Counted from the stretch's first letter, positions 1 to 8,922 are shown. The stretch: 64,000 nucleotides of DNA from Candidatus Avelusimicrobium sp. (GCF_051874775.1 NZ_JBJEGE010000002.1:1697-65696); one strand, 5' to 3'. Numbers and translations: made by a program. The notes: generated from the letters alone by a model not told the origin.

Positions 1-509
1 TCTCCGCCAGTAAAGATACAGGCTCCACAGGCGGAGAAGCCAGCGCCGTCATCAATGTGCGGCTGCTGCCGGAATCGGATCCGGACGAATTTTTCGAGAA
101 TCTCAAAAAACTGTTTGAAGGAAACGAAAACATCAGTCTGGAAATTCTGGAACGCCCCCAGACGCCTTTTCCCGCGCCGATGGACGGCACGGATGAATTG
201 TTTGCGTCCATTTCTAAAACGGCGGGCAAATTGCTGCCCAATGCCATTACAGTACCGGGGATGAGTCCTGCTTCTGGCGACAACGAGTTTTTACGCAAAA
301 AAGGCGTTATTACCTACGGATTGGGGCCGGATATGGATCCGCTGGCCGACAACACCGCCCACACACCGGATGAATTTATCAGCGAACAAGATTTTTTCAA
401 CCAGCTCCGGTTTATTTCCGGAATCGTATTTGATTTTGCCTACGGCAAAGACTTACTTCCGCTTACGCCACTAAACACACTTCCCACAAACGATACGGCC
501 ACAAACTAA
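1..509 (+). CDS. M20/M28-type metallopeptidase, C-terminal part (5' end lies outside the window)
   Basis: Frame 3 is open from the window edge (..GGEASAVINVRLLPESDPDEF..). The C-terminal block GPDMDPLADNTAHTPDEFISEQDF resembles the M20 family C-terminus. A terminator follows. Confidence 0.55.
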   Translation, partial: SASKDTGSTGGEASAVINVRLLPESDPDEFFENLKKLFEGNENISLEILERPQTPFPAPMDGTDELFASISKTAGKLLPNAITVPGMSPASGDNEFLRKKGVITYGLGPDMDPLADNTAHTPDEFISEQDFFNQLRFISGIVFDFAYGKDLLPLTPLNTLPTNDTATN

Positions 510-524
510 CCGACAATTTCCTAC

Positions 525-552
525 AAGCCGCAGATAAAATGCGGCTTTTTTT
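525..552 (+). terminator. Rho-independent terminator after the peptidase gene
   Basis: AAGCCGCA-GATAAAA-TGCGGCTT hairpin followed by a T-run (TTTTT). Confidence 0.8.
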
Positions 553-584
553 GCTAAAAACGCTGTAGAGTAAGGGGGTACAAG

Positions 585-593
585 TGGTATAAT
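585..593 (+). promoter_or_regulatory. Possible extended -10 promoter (TGgTATAAT) for metK
   Basis: TGGTATAAT lies 52 nt upstream of the metK ATG. No good -35 box. Confidence 0.35.
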
Positions 594-644
594 ATGAATA
601 GGAACCGCCATCCCCCTCAAATTTAATCTGGTTCCGCATATTGT

Positions 645-1805
645 ATGATTAAACAAGGAAAATGCTTTTTCACGTCTGAGTCCGTCTCAAAAGGACATCC
701 GGACAAAGTCTGCGACCAAATTTCCGACGCTATTTTGGACGAAATTTTAAAGAAAGACAAAACCGCCCGTGTAGCCTGCGAAACGTATATTACGCGCGGA
801 TTGGTAGTCATCGGCGGGGAAATTACCACCCGTACGTGGGTAGATGTAGAACAAATTGCGCGCGATGTTATCAAAAATATCGGTTATAATGACGCCAAAT
901 ACGGTTTTAACTATAAAACCTGCGCGGTAGTCAATGTCATCGGCAAGCAATCGCCCGACATCAGCCAAGGCGTAGACGTAGGCGGCGCGGGAGACCAAGG
1001 CCTTATGGTGGGATACGCCGTAAACGAAACCAAAGAATTTATGCCGCTTTCGCTCGTTTTATCCCACGAAATTTTGAAAAATCTGGAAAAAGCGCGCACC
1101 TCGGGAAGGCTGCCCTATCTGGGGCCCGACGCAAAAAGTCAGGTAACCGTGGAATATCAAGACGGCAAACCCATCCGCGTGGACACGGTAGTCATTTCCA
1201 CCCAACACACCGAAGAAATTTTGGACAAATCCGGCAATAAAATTACCGAAAAATCCAAAAAAGAGATAGAAGCGGCGGCTATTTCGCCCGCTATCCAAAA
1301 ATGGATAGATAAAAATACCAAAATCTACATCAACCCCACGGGTAAATTCGTGATCGGCGGCCCGCAGTCCGACACCGGTCTGACCGGACGCAAAATCATC
1401 GTAGACACCTACGGCGGACGCTGCCCGCACGGCGGCGGAGCGTTTTCCGGCAAGGATCCGACGAAAGTGGACCGATCTGCTGCGTATATGGCGCGCTATA
1501 TTGCCAAAAACCTCGTGGCGGCAAAACTGGCGCACGAATGCACCGTGCAAATCGCGTACGCTATCGGGCGCGAAGAGCCCGTCGGATTCTATGTAGATAC
1601 CGACGGAACAGGCGTATTGCCGGATGAAAAACTGGCACAAATCGCCCGCAAGCTTTTCCCGCTTACGCCGCGCGGTATCATTGAGCACTTTAAATTAAGG
1701 AGTCCCATCTATTGCCCCACGGCGGCCTACGGCCATTTCGGCCGCGAAGAATTCGCTTGGGAAAAAACGGATAAAGTAAACGCGCTCCAAAAAGCCGCAA
1801 AATAA
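645..1805 (+). CDS. metK: S-adenosylmethionine synthetase
   Basis: [51 protein letters not shown] signature blocks; 386 aa. Confidence 0.97.
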   Translation: MIKQGKCFFTSESVSKGHPDKVCDQISDAILDEILKKDKTARVACETYITRGLVVIGGEITTRTWVDVEQIARDVIKNIGYNDAKYGFNYKTCAVVNVIGKQSPDISQGVDVGGAGDQGLMVGYAVNETKEFMPLSLVLSHEILKNLEKARTSGRLPYLGPDAKSQVTVEYQDGKPIRVDTVVISTQHTEEILDKSGNKITEKSKKEIEAAAISPAIQKWIDKNTKIYINPTGKFVIGGPQSDTGLTGRKIIVDTYGGRCPHGGGAFSGKDPTKVDRSAAYMARYIAKNLVAAKLAHECTVQIAYAIGREEPVGFYVDTDGTGVLPDEKLAQIARKLFPLTPRGIIEHFKLRSPIYCPTAAYGHFGREEFAWEKTDKVNALQKAAK

Positions 1806-1810
1806 TATCT

Positions 1811-1842
1811 CCCCGAAGGGCAGCCGCCCTTCGGGATTTTTT
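1811..1842 (+). terminator. Rho-independent terminator after metK
   Basis: CCCGAAGGGC-AGCC-GCCCTTCGGG perfect 10-bp stem followed by ATTTTTT. Confidence 0.9.
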
Positions 1843-1864
1843 GAACAACACGAGGAACAAACCT

Positions 1865-2317
1865 ATGAAATCCCGCGTACAACTTGCCAAAAACCGCCAC
1901 AAAAACGGTTATAACTGTGCACAAGCCGTTGCCTGCACCTATTGCGACCTCTTGGATATGGACGAAAAAACAGCCTTTCGCGCCGCGGAAGCCTACGGGC
2001 TTGGTATCGCCAAGCGGTACGAAATGTGCGGTTCCGTTTGCGCGATGATGATGCTGGCCGGACTCAAAAACAGCGACGGCAATATGCAGGCCCCCGCCAC
2101 CAAATTTTCCACCTTTGATTTGGGCGGCCATATGATTAAACAGTTTGAAAACTGGAACACCACTTCCTGCTGCGCTCTTCTGCGCGGAACGGACGGCAAA
2201 ACCGACCGTCTGCGTTCCTGCCGCGGCTGCGTGGCCGATTGCGCGCGCATTGTGGAGGACCAACTGTTCCCGGGGCTTTTTGACCCGTACGAAGATCGTT
2301 CACCGGAGGAAGAATAA
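1865..2317 (+). CDS. C_GCAxxG_C_C family protein
   Basis: NGYNCAQAVACTYC near the N-terminus and MCGSVCAMMMLAGL, plus C-terminal Cys pairs. ATG at 1865 has a GAGGA RBS 8 nt upstream; the track start at 1841 lies inside the metK terminator. Confidence 0.7.
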   Translation: MKSRVQLAKNRHKNGYNCAQAVACTYCDLLDMDEKTAFRAAEAYGLGIAKRYEMCGSVCAMMMLAGLKNSDGNMQAPATKFSTFDLGGHMIKQFENWNTTSCCALLRGTDGKTDRLRSCRGCVADCARIVEDQLFPGLFDPYEDRSPEEE

Positions 2318-2853
2318 TGAAAATTTGTATGATTGTAACAGACGGATTTGAAGAAATCGAAGCCGTTGGCACCTACGCCATCTTGCGCCGCGGCGGCCTT
2401 ACCGTAGACGTCTACTCGCTGTTGGATAAAGACGCCACGGGCCGCTTCGGGCTGACGGTTACGAATCTGCGGCCGTTTTCGCAATTCAATGCAGAAGAAT
2501 ACGGCGCACTCGTTATCCCGGGTGGGCCGGAATACAAAGCGCTGGAAGCCAGCCAAGACGTACAGGCGATTATCAAACAGTTTATAGACGCGGGCAAACT
2601 GGTAGCCGCCATTTGCGCCGGCCCGACGATTTTAGGCCGCGCCGGCTATCTAAAAGGCAAAAAATACACGTGTTTTACCGCGATGAACGAGGATTTCGGC
2701 GGCGAATATCAGGACGGTTACGCCGTGCGAGACGGGAACCTCATTACCGGCAAAAGCGCGGCGGCTACGATTGATTTCGGATTTTTGATTTTGGAAGCGG
2801 CGGCCGGCAAAGAAACTGCGGACCAAACGAAAAAAGAAATCTATTATAAATAA
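2317..2853 (+). CDS. DJ-1/PfpI family protein
   Basis: MIVTDGFEEIEAV.., nucleophile-elbow motif AAICAGP, 178 aa. Start overlaps the stop of the preceding gene (TAATG). Confidence 0.85.
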   Translation: MKICMIVTDGFEEIEAVGTYAILRRGGLTVDVYSLLDKDATGRFGLTVTNLRPFSQFNAEEYGALVIPGGPEYKALEASQDVQAIIKQFIDAGKLVAAICAGPTILGRAGYLKGKKYTCFTAMNEDFGGEYQDGYAVRDGNLITGKSAAATIDFGFLILEAAAGKETADQTKKEIYYK

Positions 2854-2883
2854 GCCACAAAGCAAAAACTCACAAAAATAACT

Positions 2884-2909
2884 ATCCCCCGATCTATATA
2901 TCGGGGGAT
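2884..2909. terminator. Bidirectional hairpin terminator between convergent genes
   Basis: ATCCCCCGAT-CTATAT-ATCGGGGGAT perfect 10-bp stem, T-rich on one side and A-rich on the other. Confidence 0.7.
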
Positions 2910-2925
2910 TTATTCTCATCTAAAA

Positions 2926-3465
2926 CTAATCTGTATAGCAACTTCCGCCGTTTAATCGTCCGGTAATACAAGCATCTGATTTTCCCATACCTATTTTTTT
3001 GCAAACTGCGCCGGATTTATTGTCCTCACATTGGCGATGGCCATTACAATATCGTAAAACATAGGTATCATTGGAATTTCTCCGAGTTGCGCTGGGGGCA
3101 TATGTACTGTCTCCGCACCCGGCATCGTGAACATAATACGACCAATTTTTTGTATTAAACTCGCTTCCAGAAGAAACAACTTGTCCATTTTCATCAGTAA
3201 ACGACAAATCCAACTCCGCCCAAGAGTTTGCTCCGTTTGGATTTCCTCCCATTATATAGACAGAATTAGCCGCATAAATAGATTTTAACGTGGACCACGC
3301 TTCCGTCGCACGGCTTTTTTCCACCGCTTTCGTGTACTGCGGCAGCGCTACCGACGATAAGATACCAATGATAAGTACAACAACCAACAATTCTATCAGC
3401 GTAAAACCTTTGTTACTGGATCCTGAAATAAATTCAGGATAACGGCTAAACATAAAACCTTTCAT
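2926..3465 (-). CDS. Prepilin-type N-terminal cleavage/methylation domain protein (pseudopilin / type IV pilin-like)
   Basis: KG|FTLIELLVVVLIIGILSSVALPQYTKAVEKSRATEAW. ATG at 3465 sits 9 nt after GGAGG; the track start at 3480 overlaps that RBS. The C-terminus is Cys-rich. Confidence 0.85.
   Translation of the reverse strand: MKGFMFSRYPEFISGSSNKGFTLIELLVVVLIIGILSSVALPQYTKAVEKSRATEAWSTLKSIYAANSVYIMGGNPNGANSWAELDLSFTDENGQVVSSGSEFNTKNWSYYVHDAGCGDSTYAPSATRRNSNDTYVLRYCNGHRQCEDNKSGAVCKKIGMGKSDACITGRLNGGSCYTD
3420..3440. repeat. Perfect hairpin repeat ATCCTGAA-N5-TTCAGGAT inside the pseudopilin leader-peptide codons
   Basis: Identical 21-mer at 15417-15437. Flanked by 10-nt direct repeats TAAAACCTTT at 3402-3411 and 3453-3462. 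Confidence 0.85.
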
Positions 3466-3488
3466 TTTATTTTCCTCCATTTAAAAAG

Positions 3489-3520
3489 GTCATTCTGAGT
3501 CGCTTCTGCTCAGGATCTAC
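3489..3520. repeat. Hairpin repeat of the same family (GTCATTCTGAG-N9-CTCAGGATCTAC) just upstream of the pseudopilin RBS
   Basis: 8-bp stem with one mismatch. Homologous element at 15482-15525 upstream of the second pseudopilin gene. Confidence 0.7.
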
Positions 3521-3582
3521 CGATTTTAACGCAATAAACCACAACCGAAAGAGCCCACGCAAAAAACCTACGGAATAACCCT

Positions 3583-3610
3583 ATCATATCAAAAAAAAAA
3601 AACGGGTCAA
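3583..3610 (-). promoter_or_regulatory. Sigma70-type promoter for the pseudopilin gene
   Basis: Minus strand: TTGACC, then a 16-nt T-rich spacer, then TATGAT. Same architecture at 15587-15613. Predicts a ~110-nt 5' UTR. Confidence 0.5.
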
Positions 3611-3686
3611 GACCCAGAGGCAGGGGCTCCCTTCTTGTCCGCACTCTTACGATTCGTTGAACCACACTATTTTAGAAATGCCGCTT

Positions 3687-3721
3687 AACAAAAGACCCCC
3701 CGCCGTTAATACGGCGGGGGG
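3687..3721 (-). terminator. Rho-independent terminator after the 3741-4337 gene
   Basis: CCCCCCGCCG-TTAATA-CGGCGGGGGG 10-bp GC stem; on the minus strand it is followed by TCTTTTGTT. Confidence 0.8.
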
Positions 3722-3740
3722 TTCAAAAAAAGCAATCAAA

Positions 3741-4337
3741 TTAATGGGTATACGCTTTGAGATAGGTATACTCGAAATTCTTTTCTTCTTGGGCAATCCC
3801 TTCCAACGCTTTCCCCACCAACTCCAACGCGCGCACACAATAAGCCCGATAGCGCGACCAGTTCTCTACCGGATGGGCGTTAATATATTCCGTAGTATAT
3901 ATCGGGTTTACGTTATATGTTGAAGGAAGCGCTACAAAAACCGCATATTGCGCAGCGCGCATTTCCTCAACACTCAGCTCAACGGGTTCAGAAATTTCCT
4001 GCCCTTGTTCCCTCATCTTGGCTTCTTTGGCATTTACCATTGCCTGCGGAATCCAGGCGCTTAACGCTTCACCCAAGTAGGCCGGATCAAAATCATGTTT
4101 TTCCATAACGGCTACAGCCGGTCCCAGCAATTTCTCAATTTCAGCTTGCCGCGCCTTAACAGCTTCAGCCTCAGCTTTTGCACGTGTCCCTGTTACATTA
4201 TTCTGTTTTTGTGCTTCTGCAGCTTGGCGGGATACTTTATTCGTTAATTCTTTTTGTGTCTGTGCCTCGCCGTGTACACCAAAGGCCAAACAAACAGCCG
4301 ATAAAACGAATATGCCTGCATACTTGCCGATTTTCAT
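3741..4337 (-). CDS. Hypothetical exported protein
   Basis: Start MKIGKYAGIFVLSAVCLAFGVHG (signal peptide) with a GGAG RBS. Coiled-coil-like Ala/Glu/Lys-rich N-terminal part. No recognisable family. Confidence 0.5.
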   Translation of the reverse strand: MKIGKYAGIFVLSAVCLAFGVHGEAQTQKELTNKVSRQAAEAQKQNNVTGTRAKAEAEAVKARQAEIEKLLGPAVAVMEKHDFDPAYLGEALSAWIPQAMVNAKEAKMREQGQEISEPVELSVEEMRAAQYAVFVALPSTYNVNPIYTTEYINAHPVENWSRYRAYCVRALELVGKALEGIAQEEKNFEYTYLKAYTH

Positions 4338-4446
4338 AAAATCTCCTTTTCTACCGAATATATTTATATTTAATCCTTTACACAGTGCTAAAACAAGGGT
4401 CAAAAGACCCATTTTTTATTGGGTACGGACCTAAACGCAATCTGTA

Positions 4447-5214
4447 TCAAAACCGAAAGGAAAGCGACGCTTCCGCTCCCAACCCGTAATAAGCGTAGTT
4501 AGCAGCAAGGCTAAGATCCAAATAAGACGGCAGTTTAAAATTAAATCCGGCAGTAGCACGTGCGGTGGCCGTATGTTCGCGCTCTCCTACCAAAAACCCA
4601 TCCAAATCTGCACGGTTAATATTGAGCGTCGTATAATCCACCCCGCCGCCGATATAGGGAACAAAATATTTAAATTTCATCGACAGCACTAAACTTGCAT
4701 TATAATGCGATGCGGAAAAATCACGCGCACTTGCGCTGTGGGCCGCCACCACAAGCATCGGTTGAAATGAGCCCAACATTTCATTCGGGCGAGTAATCCC
4801 CCATCTTAAGCCCCCGCCGGCAATCGTCAAGCCTTGGTAACTGCTGGCACGGATAAATCCATCAATGCGAAACGGCATCCCAATATCGGCCTGCAGCCAA
4901 GGATAAAACACTTCCCCCACTTCGTCTCTGTTACCCAAAGCGGTTTTCTGTCTTTCGGCAAAAGTATCCCCGTTGGCTTCACTCATTTTAAAAACCATAC
5001 TCCCGCGCGGACCGATTTGAAATCCGCCCCAACCCAAAATACGGCCCGTAGTATAGGTGCCTGATCCAATCAGGCCGCCCAAGTCTTTGGTAAAAGCACG
5101 GACGTTTTGCCGCGTAACATTTGAACCGAAATCATCCCACACGTTCCGTGCCGATGCGCCGCACGTACATAAAACGCAAACGGCAAACGCCAAAAGCAAG
5201 TGTTGAATCTTCAT
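4447..5214 (-). CDS. Outer-membrane beta-barrel protein (hypothetical)
   Basis: Signal peptide MKIQHLLLAFAVCVLCTCGASA, alternating beta-strand pattern, C-terminal ..LSFRF with terminal Phe typical of OMPs. Confidence 0.6.
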   Translation of the reverse strand: MKIQHLLLAFAVCVLCTCGASARNVWDDFGSNVTRQNVRAFTKDLGGLIGSGTYTTGRILGWGGFQIGPRGSMVFKMSEANGDTFAERQKTALGNRDEVGEVFYPWLQADIGMPFRIDGFIRASSYQGLTIAGGGLRWGITRPNEMLGSFQPMLVVAAHSASARDFSASHYNASLVLSMKFKYFVPYIGGGVDYTTLNINRADLDGFLVGEREHTATARATAGFNFKLPSYLDLSLAANYAYYGLGAEASLSFRF

Positions 5215-5239
5215 TGTAACCTCTCTAAAACAAATAAAA

Positions 5240-5578
5240 TCAATTAAAAACGAGTTCATCTCCTTCACGCACACGGCCTTTTAAAGTGCCGCCCGCCAGT
5301 TCCAGCGTACGACGCGAACCGCGCACAAAACGGCCGAAACGCCACGGCTTCATATTTTCTTTCACATATAAAACCGTCCCGTTTTTATCTACAAAAACGG
5401 CGTCAATATCAAAACGCATAAAACACGTGTGAATTTGCGGGCACGGATCCAATAAAAGCCCGTTTCCGGCTGCCAAATGCTTACGGAACATCAACCCTTT
5501 TAAACGCGTAAAATACGTATTAGCCAGTTCCACTTCAGCGACTAAGATTTCACCGGTACGTTTTAATGTACACTTCAT
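5240..5578 (-). CDS. DUF192 domain protein
   Basis: ..TRLKGLMFRKHL..GLLLDPCPQIHTCFMRFDIDAVFVDKNG.. matches the DUF192 (COG1430) pattern. Start overlaps the upstream stop (ATGA). Confidence 0.75.
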   Translation of the reverse strand: MKCTLKRTGEILVAEVELANTYFTRLKGLMFRKHLAAGNGLLLDPCPQIHTCFMRFDIDAVFVDKNGTVLYVKENMKPWRFGRFVRGSRRTLELAGGTLKGRVREGDELVFN

Positions 5579-6054
5579 AAAGGGTATTCCTCTTGGGCAC
5601 GGAATTCATCTGCCAACGCCGCCAACGCTCGTTCCGTACGGACGAGCAAGATTTTGTCTAAAAATTGGACTTCATCCGGCGGCTTTATCCCGTATCCGTT
5701 CTTATTCTGAAAAATTAAAAACGTAATCAGCCAACGTCCGTCAACCGATACGTCCGCAATCCACATTCCGCCGCTCGTTTTGGCGGCGCGAAAGTCTTCT
5801 ATTTTTATTTCACCGGCGCCAGCGTCCTGCACGCAAGACTCCGAACAGTTTTTTACAACATCAAGTGTTTCCCTTGTTAAAACGCGGATGTTAGCATACT
5901 TACCGCGGGTAAGCGGAAGCAACACTTTATCCGCCGCTCGAACAACGCCTGATACTTCAAAAAATGAACCGTACGAAACGGTTAGGGCGCGCAAGTTCCA
6001 CGAACAGCCAAACACTGCAGCCAATACAAAAAACGCGCGCCCCCAAAAACGCAT
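5575..6054 (-). CDS. Hypothetical exported protein
   Basis: N-terminal hydrophobic signal MRFWGRAFFVLAAVFG. Start overlaps the efp stop by 1 nt. No family recognised. Confidence 0.45.
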   Translation of the reverse strand: MRFWGRAFFVLAAVFGCSWNLRALTVSYGSFFEVSGVVRAADKVLLPLTRGKYANIRVLTRETLDVVKNCSESCVQDAGAGEIKIEDFRAAKTSGGMWIADVSVDGRWLITFLIFQNKNGYGIKPPDEVQFLDKILLVRTERALAALADEFRAQEEYPL

Positions 6055-6620
6055 TACGCAGCCACGCGTTCTACGTAGCTGCCGTTGCGGGTATCTACGA
6101 GCACTACGTCGCCTTCATTGATAAAAAGCGGCACTTTAATCACGGCACCGGTTTCCAGTGTCGCTTCTTTGGTAGTGTTGGCTACGGTGTTGCCTTTCAC
6201 CCCCGGAACGGTAGACGCAATTTTCAAGGGAACTTTAATAGGCAGTTCCACATTAAAGAGACTATCGTTGATATAGATACCGGTAGCCTCCATATTGTCT
6301 TTTAAGTATTTGGTCAAATCACCTAGTTTTGTGGTTTCTACTTCCACTTGATCGTAGGTTTCGGAGTTCATAAACGTAGCCATATTACCGGCAGTATACA
6401 AATACGTAAACGGACGTTTTTCCACTTCCACCTCTTTAAATTTATCCTCGGGACGGTAGGCGGTTTCAATCATCGAACCGGTGTTAATATTACGCAGTTT
6501 CACGCGTACTACCGCGCGAGCTTGGCTTTTACGGTGGTGCTGAAATTCAATAATTTCCACCAACTGGCCGTTTTCGTCTTCAAAAATAAGTCCTTCGCGA
6601 AATTGAGTTGTGCTTAACAT
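6054..6620 (-). CDS. efp: Elongation factor P
   Basis: 188 aa; ..FREGLIFEDENGQLVEIIEFQHHRKSQARAVVRVKLRNINTG.. is typical EF-P domain I, including the modified-loop region. Confidence 0.95.
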   Translation of the reverse strand: MLSTTQFREGLIFEDENGQLVEIIEFQHHRKSQARAVVRVKLRNINTGSMIETAYRPEDKFKEVEVEKRPFTYLYTAGNMATFMNSETYDQVEVETTKLGDLTKYLKDNMEATGIYINDSLFNVELPIKVPLKIASTVPGVKGNTVANTTKEATLETGAVIKVPLFINEGDVVLVDTRNGSYVERVAA

Positions 6621-6654
6621 AAGTTATACCTCGTTATGGGGCCGGAGCCCGAAT

Positions 6655-7719
6655 CTATTTATGCGTCAATTTTTTAGAGCCTGTTTTCGTAACCAGAAAA
6701 CTGTCCTCTAGACGGACACCCCATTTATTTTCAAAATAAATGCCGGGCTCCACCGTTACTACGTAATTTTCTTCCAATACGTCCGGCGCGCCGGAGCGCA
6801 AAATAGGCCGGTCGTGTTCCACAAGGCCGATAGCGTGGCCCGTGGTATGGAAAAATTCTTTGCCATATCCCGCGGCTTCAATCACTTGACGGCAAGCCGC
6901 GTCCACTTCGCCCGCAGTTATACCGGCGCGCAAAGCTTTTACACCTGCCGTACGGGCTTTGTTCACAATATTCCAAATTTTTTTATATTCGGCGGGTTCG
7001 TTTTTGCCGTGCCACCAACTGCGCGTCATATCAGACGTATACCCCTCGTAAAAACAACCAAAATCCATCAGCACGGCCTCGCTTGCTTTTAATTTACGTT
7101 TTTTAGAAGGCGTATGGTGAGCATCAGCGGTATTCTCGCCGAAACAAACGATATTAAACGGAATGGAATCCGCTCCGCGTTTGCACATAGCCACCGCCAT
7201 CAGCACGCGCACGTCCTCCTCCGTCATTCCCGTTTTAATTTGCGGTTTTACTTCTTCAAACGCTTCAGCCGCAATTTTACACGCTTTTTTAAGCCGTGCG
7301 AGTTCGTCATCGTATTTTTGCAAACGCATCTGGCTGATTAAACCGTCCGCATGGGAAAAACCTTCTTTTGCCAGTTTGCTTCCCGTCTCAAAATCAACAA
7401 GTGCCGGATCAAACGATACACCTTTTAAACCCAACTTTTTAATCTTGGCAATCGCCCCTTCCAGCATTGTGCCGTATGGAACATCCTCTGTTTTCAAAAA
7501 TGCGGCAACGGGCGTCATTTTGCTGACAATCAGCTTTTTCGTAATACAATATGCTTTAGCGGGAGTCATCAAAAAAACGGCTTCTCCCTCGGATAATTCT
7601 ATACCGGACAAATACCGTTGTTCCAATGGGGAAACGGTTAAATATCCGTCCAAACCCGCGGCTTTTAATACGCGGCGGAAATTCTTCATACGCACGGAGG
7701 CCAAATCTTTAATCGCCAC
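6655..7719 (-). CDS. M24B Xaa-Pro aminopeptidase (paralog 1)
   Basis: Metal ligands present: DFGCFYEGYTSDMTR, HTTGHAIGLVEHD, VVTVEPGIYF, GVRLEDSF. Confidence 0.9.
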   Translation of the reverse strand: MAIKDLASVRMKNFRRVLKAAGLDGYLTVSPLEQRYLSGIELSEGEAVFLMTPAKAYCITKKLIVSKMTPVAAFLKTEDVPYGTMLEGAIAKIKKLGLKGVSFDPALVDFETGSKLAKEGFSHADGLISQMRLQKYDDELARLKKACKIAAEAFEEVKPQIKTGMTEEDVRVLMAVAMCKRGADSIPFNIVCFGENTADAHHTPSKKRKLKASEAVLMDFGCFYEGYTSDMTRSWWHGKNEPAEYKKIWNIVNKARTAGVKALRAGITAGEVDAACRQVIEAAGYGKEFFHTTGHAIGLVEHDRPILRSGAPDVLEENYVVTVEPGIYFENKWGVRLEDSFLVTKTGSKKLTHK

Positions 7720-7721
7720 AA

Positions 7722-8780
7722 TTATTTCCTTGTTAAAATTTTAGCACCGGTTTTGGAAGTAAACATCGTATCTTCTAAACGTACGCCATACTTTTGGGGC
7801 AGATAAATGCCGGGTTCCACTGTTACGACATTTCCCTCTTGCAACACAGACTGGGCGGTCTGGCTGTTATAGGGGTTTTCGTGAATTTCAATCCCTACGC
7901 CGTGGCCGGTACGGTGCGTAAAAAATGCGCCGTATCCCGCCTCCGCAATCACGTTACGTGCAGCCGCGTCCACGTCTTTATTGGCAACGCCCGCTTTAAC
8001 GGCTTTTATACCCGCTTTACGCGCTTTATCCACAATGTTCCAAATCTTCCTATATTCGGCGGGTTCGTTGTTGCCGTGCCACCAGCTGCGGGTAATGTCA
8101 GAACAATAGCCTTTGTAGATACAGCCGAAATCAATGAGCACCGCATCATTTGCTTTTAACTTCCGGTTGCCCGTTTCGTGGTGCGGATTAGCGGAATTTT
8201 CGCCAAAGCAAACAATCGTTGAAAACGATGGGTTGGATGCGCCTTTCGCGCGCATAAACCGTTCCAGTTCGGCAGCCAGTTCACTTTCCGTCATTCCGGT
8301 TTTCACGCGGGGCTTAACGTATTCATACGCAAGGTAAGCAATACGGTTGGATTCGCGCATCAGTTTCAATTCCGCCGCGTCTTTGGTTTCACGCAGTTTG
8401 GAAATAAACATACCCACCTCTATACAGCCGGCGGCGCACATCATCTTCCCGTTTTGGTACGATTCTTTTGCCGCGTCGAACCCAACGCGTTTCAACCCCA
8501 ATTCTTTGGCTTTCGCCAAAGCCGCCGCCGTACGCGTTTCACTTCCGACAACTTTTATTTGGGGAGCGAATTTTCCGAACGGCTGAATATACAATTCGCG
8601 CGTAAAACACACTACTGCCTTTCCGGTTACCAACAGAACCGTCTCCTCCGGATAAAAAAAGAAATTCGTTAAATACAGCTGGTCCAAATTATTGGTAACA
8701 ATAAGACCGTCCAGCTTATTTTTGTGCATCATCTTGCGCAAAGCCGACAAGCGCGAGGACGCACCGTTCTTTTCTGTCAT
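7722..8780 (-). CDS. M24B Xaa-Pro aminopeptidase (paralog 2)
   Basis: DFGCIYKGYCSDITR, HRTGHGVGIEIHE, VVTVEPGIYL, GVRLEDTMF. Stretches are near-identical at the DNA level to paralog 1. Confidence 0.9.
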   Translation of the reverse strand: MTEKNGASSRLSALRKMMHKNKLDGLIVTNNLDQLYLTNFFFYPEETVLLVTGKAVVCFTRELYIQPFGKFAPQIKVVGSETRTAAALAKAKELGLKRVGFDAAKESYQNGKMMCAAGCIEVGMFISKLRETKDAAELKLMRESNRIAYLAYEYVKPRVKTGMTESELAAELERFMRAKGASNPSFSTIVCFGENSANPHHETGNRKLKANDAVLIDFGCIYKGYCSDITRSWWHGNNEPAEYRKIWNIVDKARKAGIKAVKAGVANKDVDAAARNVIAEAGYGAFFTHRTGHGVGIEIHENPYNSQTAQSVLQEGNVVTVEPGIYLPQKYGVRLEDTMFTSKTGAKILTRK

Positions 8781-8885
8781 AATATACTCCAGTTAAAACT
8801 TCATATACACTTATATGATATCAATTTTAAATCTACCCCACAATCACAATTGCCAAAGTTTCCGCACGCGTAGAAACGATAAGAC

Positions 8886-8914
8886 GTTAAAACTGCGCCA
8901 AAATTTAATATAAT
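8886..8914 (+). promoter_or_regulatory. Candidate promoter (GTTAAA-17-TATAAT) only 8 nt upstream of the ATG at 8923
   Basis: Perfect TATAAT at 8909-8914. No Shine-Dalgarno between it and the ATG. Confidence 0.4.
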
Positions 8915-8922
8915 AACCAAAT

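Noticed and set aside
594-644. Possible SAM riboswitch upstream of metK
   Set aside because: Only ~50 nt lie between the candidate -10 box and the ATG. There is a single weak GGAACC..GGTTCC pairing and no match to the SAM-I/II/SAH consensus elements I know. The evidence is insufficient; an Rfam scan would settle it.
5575-6054. SpoVG-like identity of the 159-aa protein downstream of efp
   Set aside because: There is only a vague resemblance in one beta-rich segment. The protein has an N-terminal signal-like sequence, which SpoVG lacks. Left as hypothetical.
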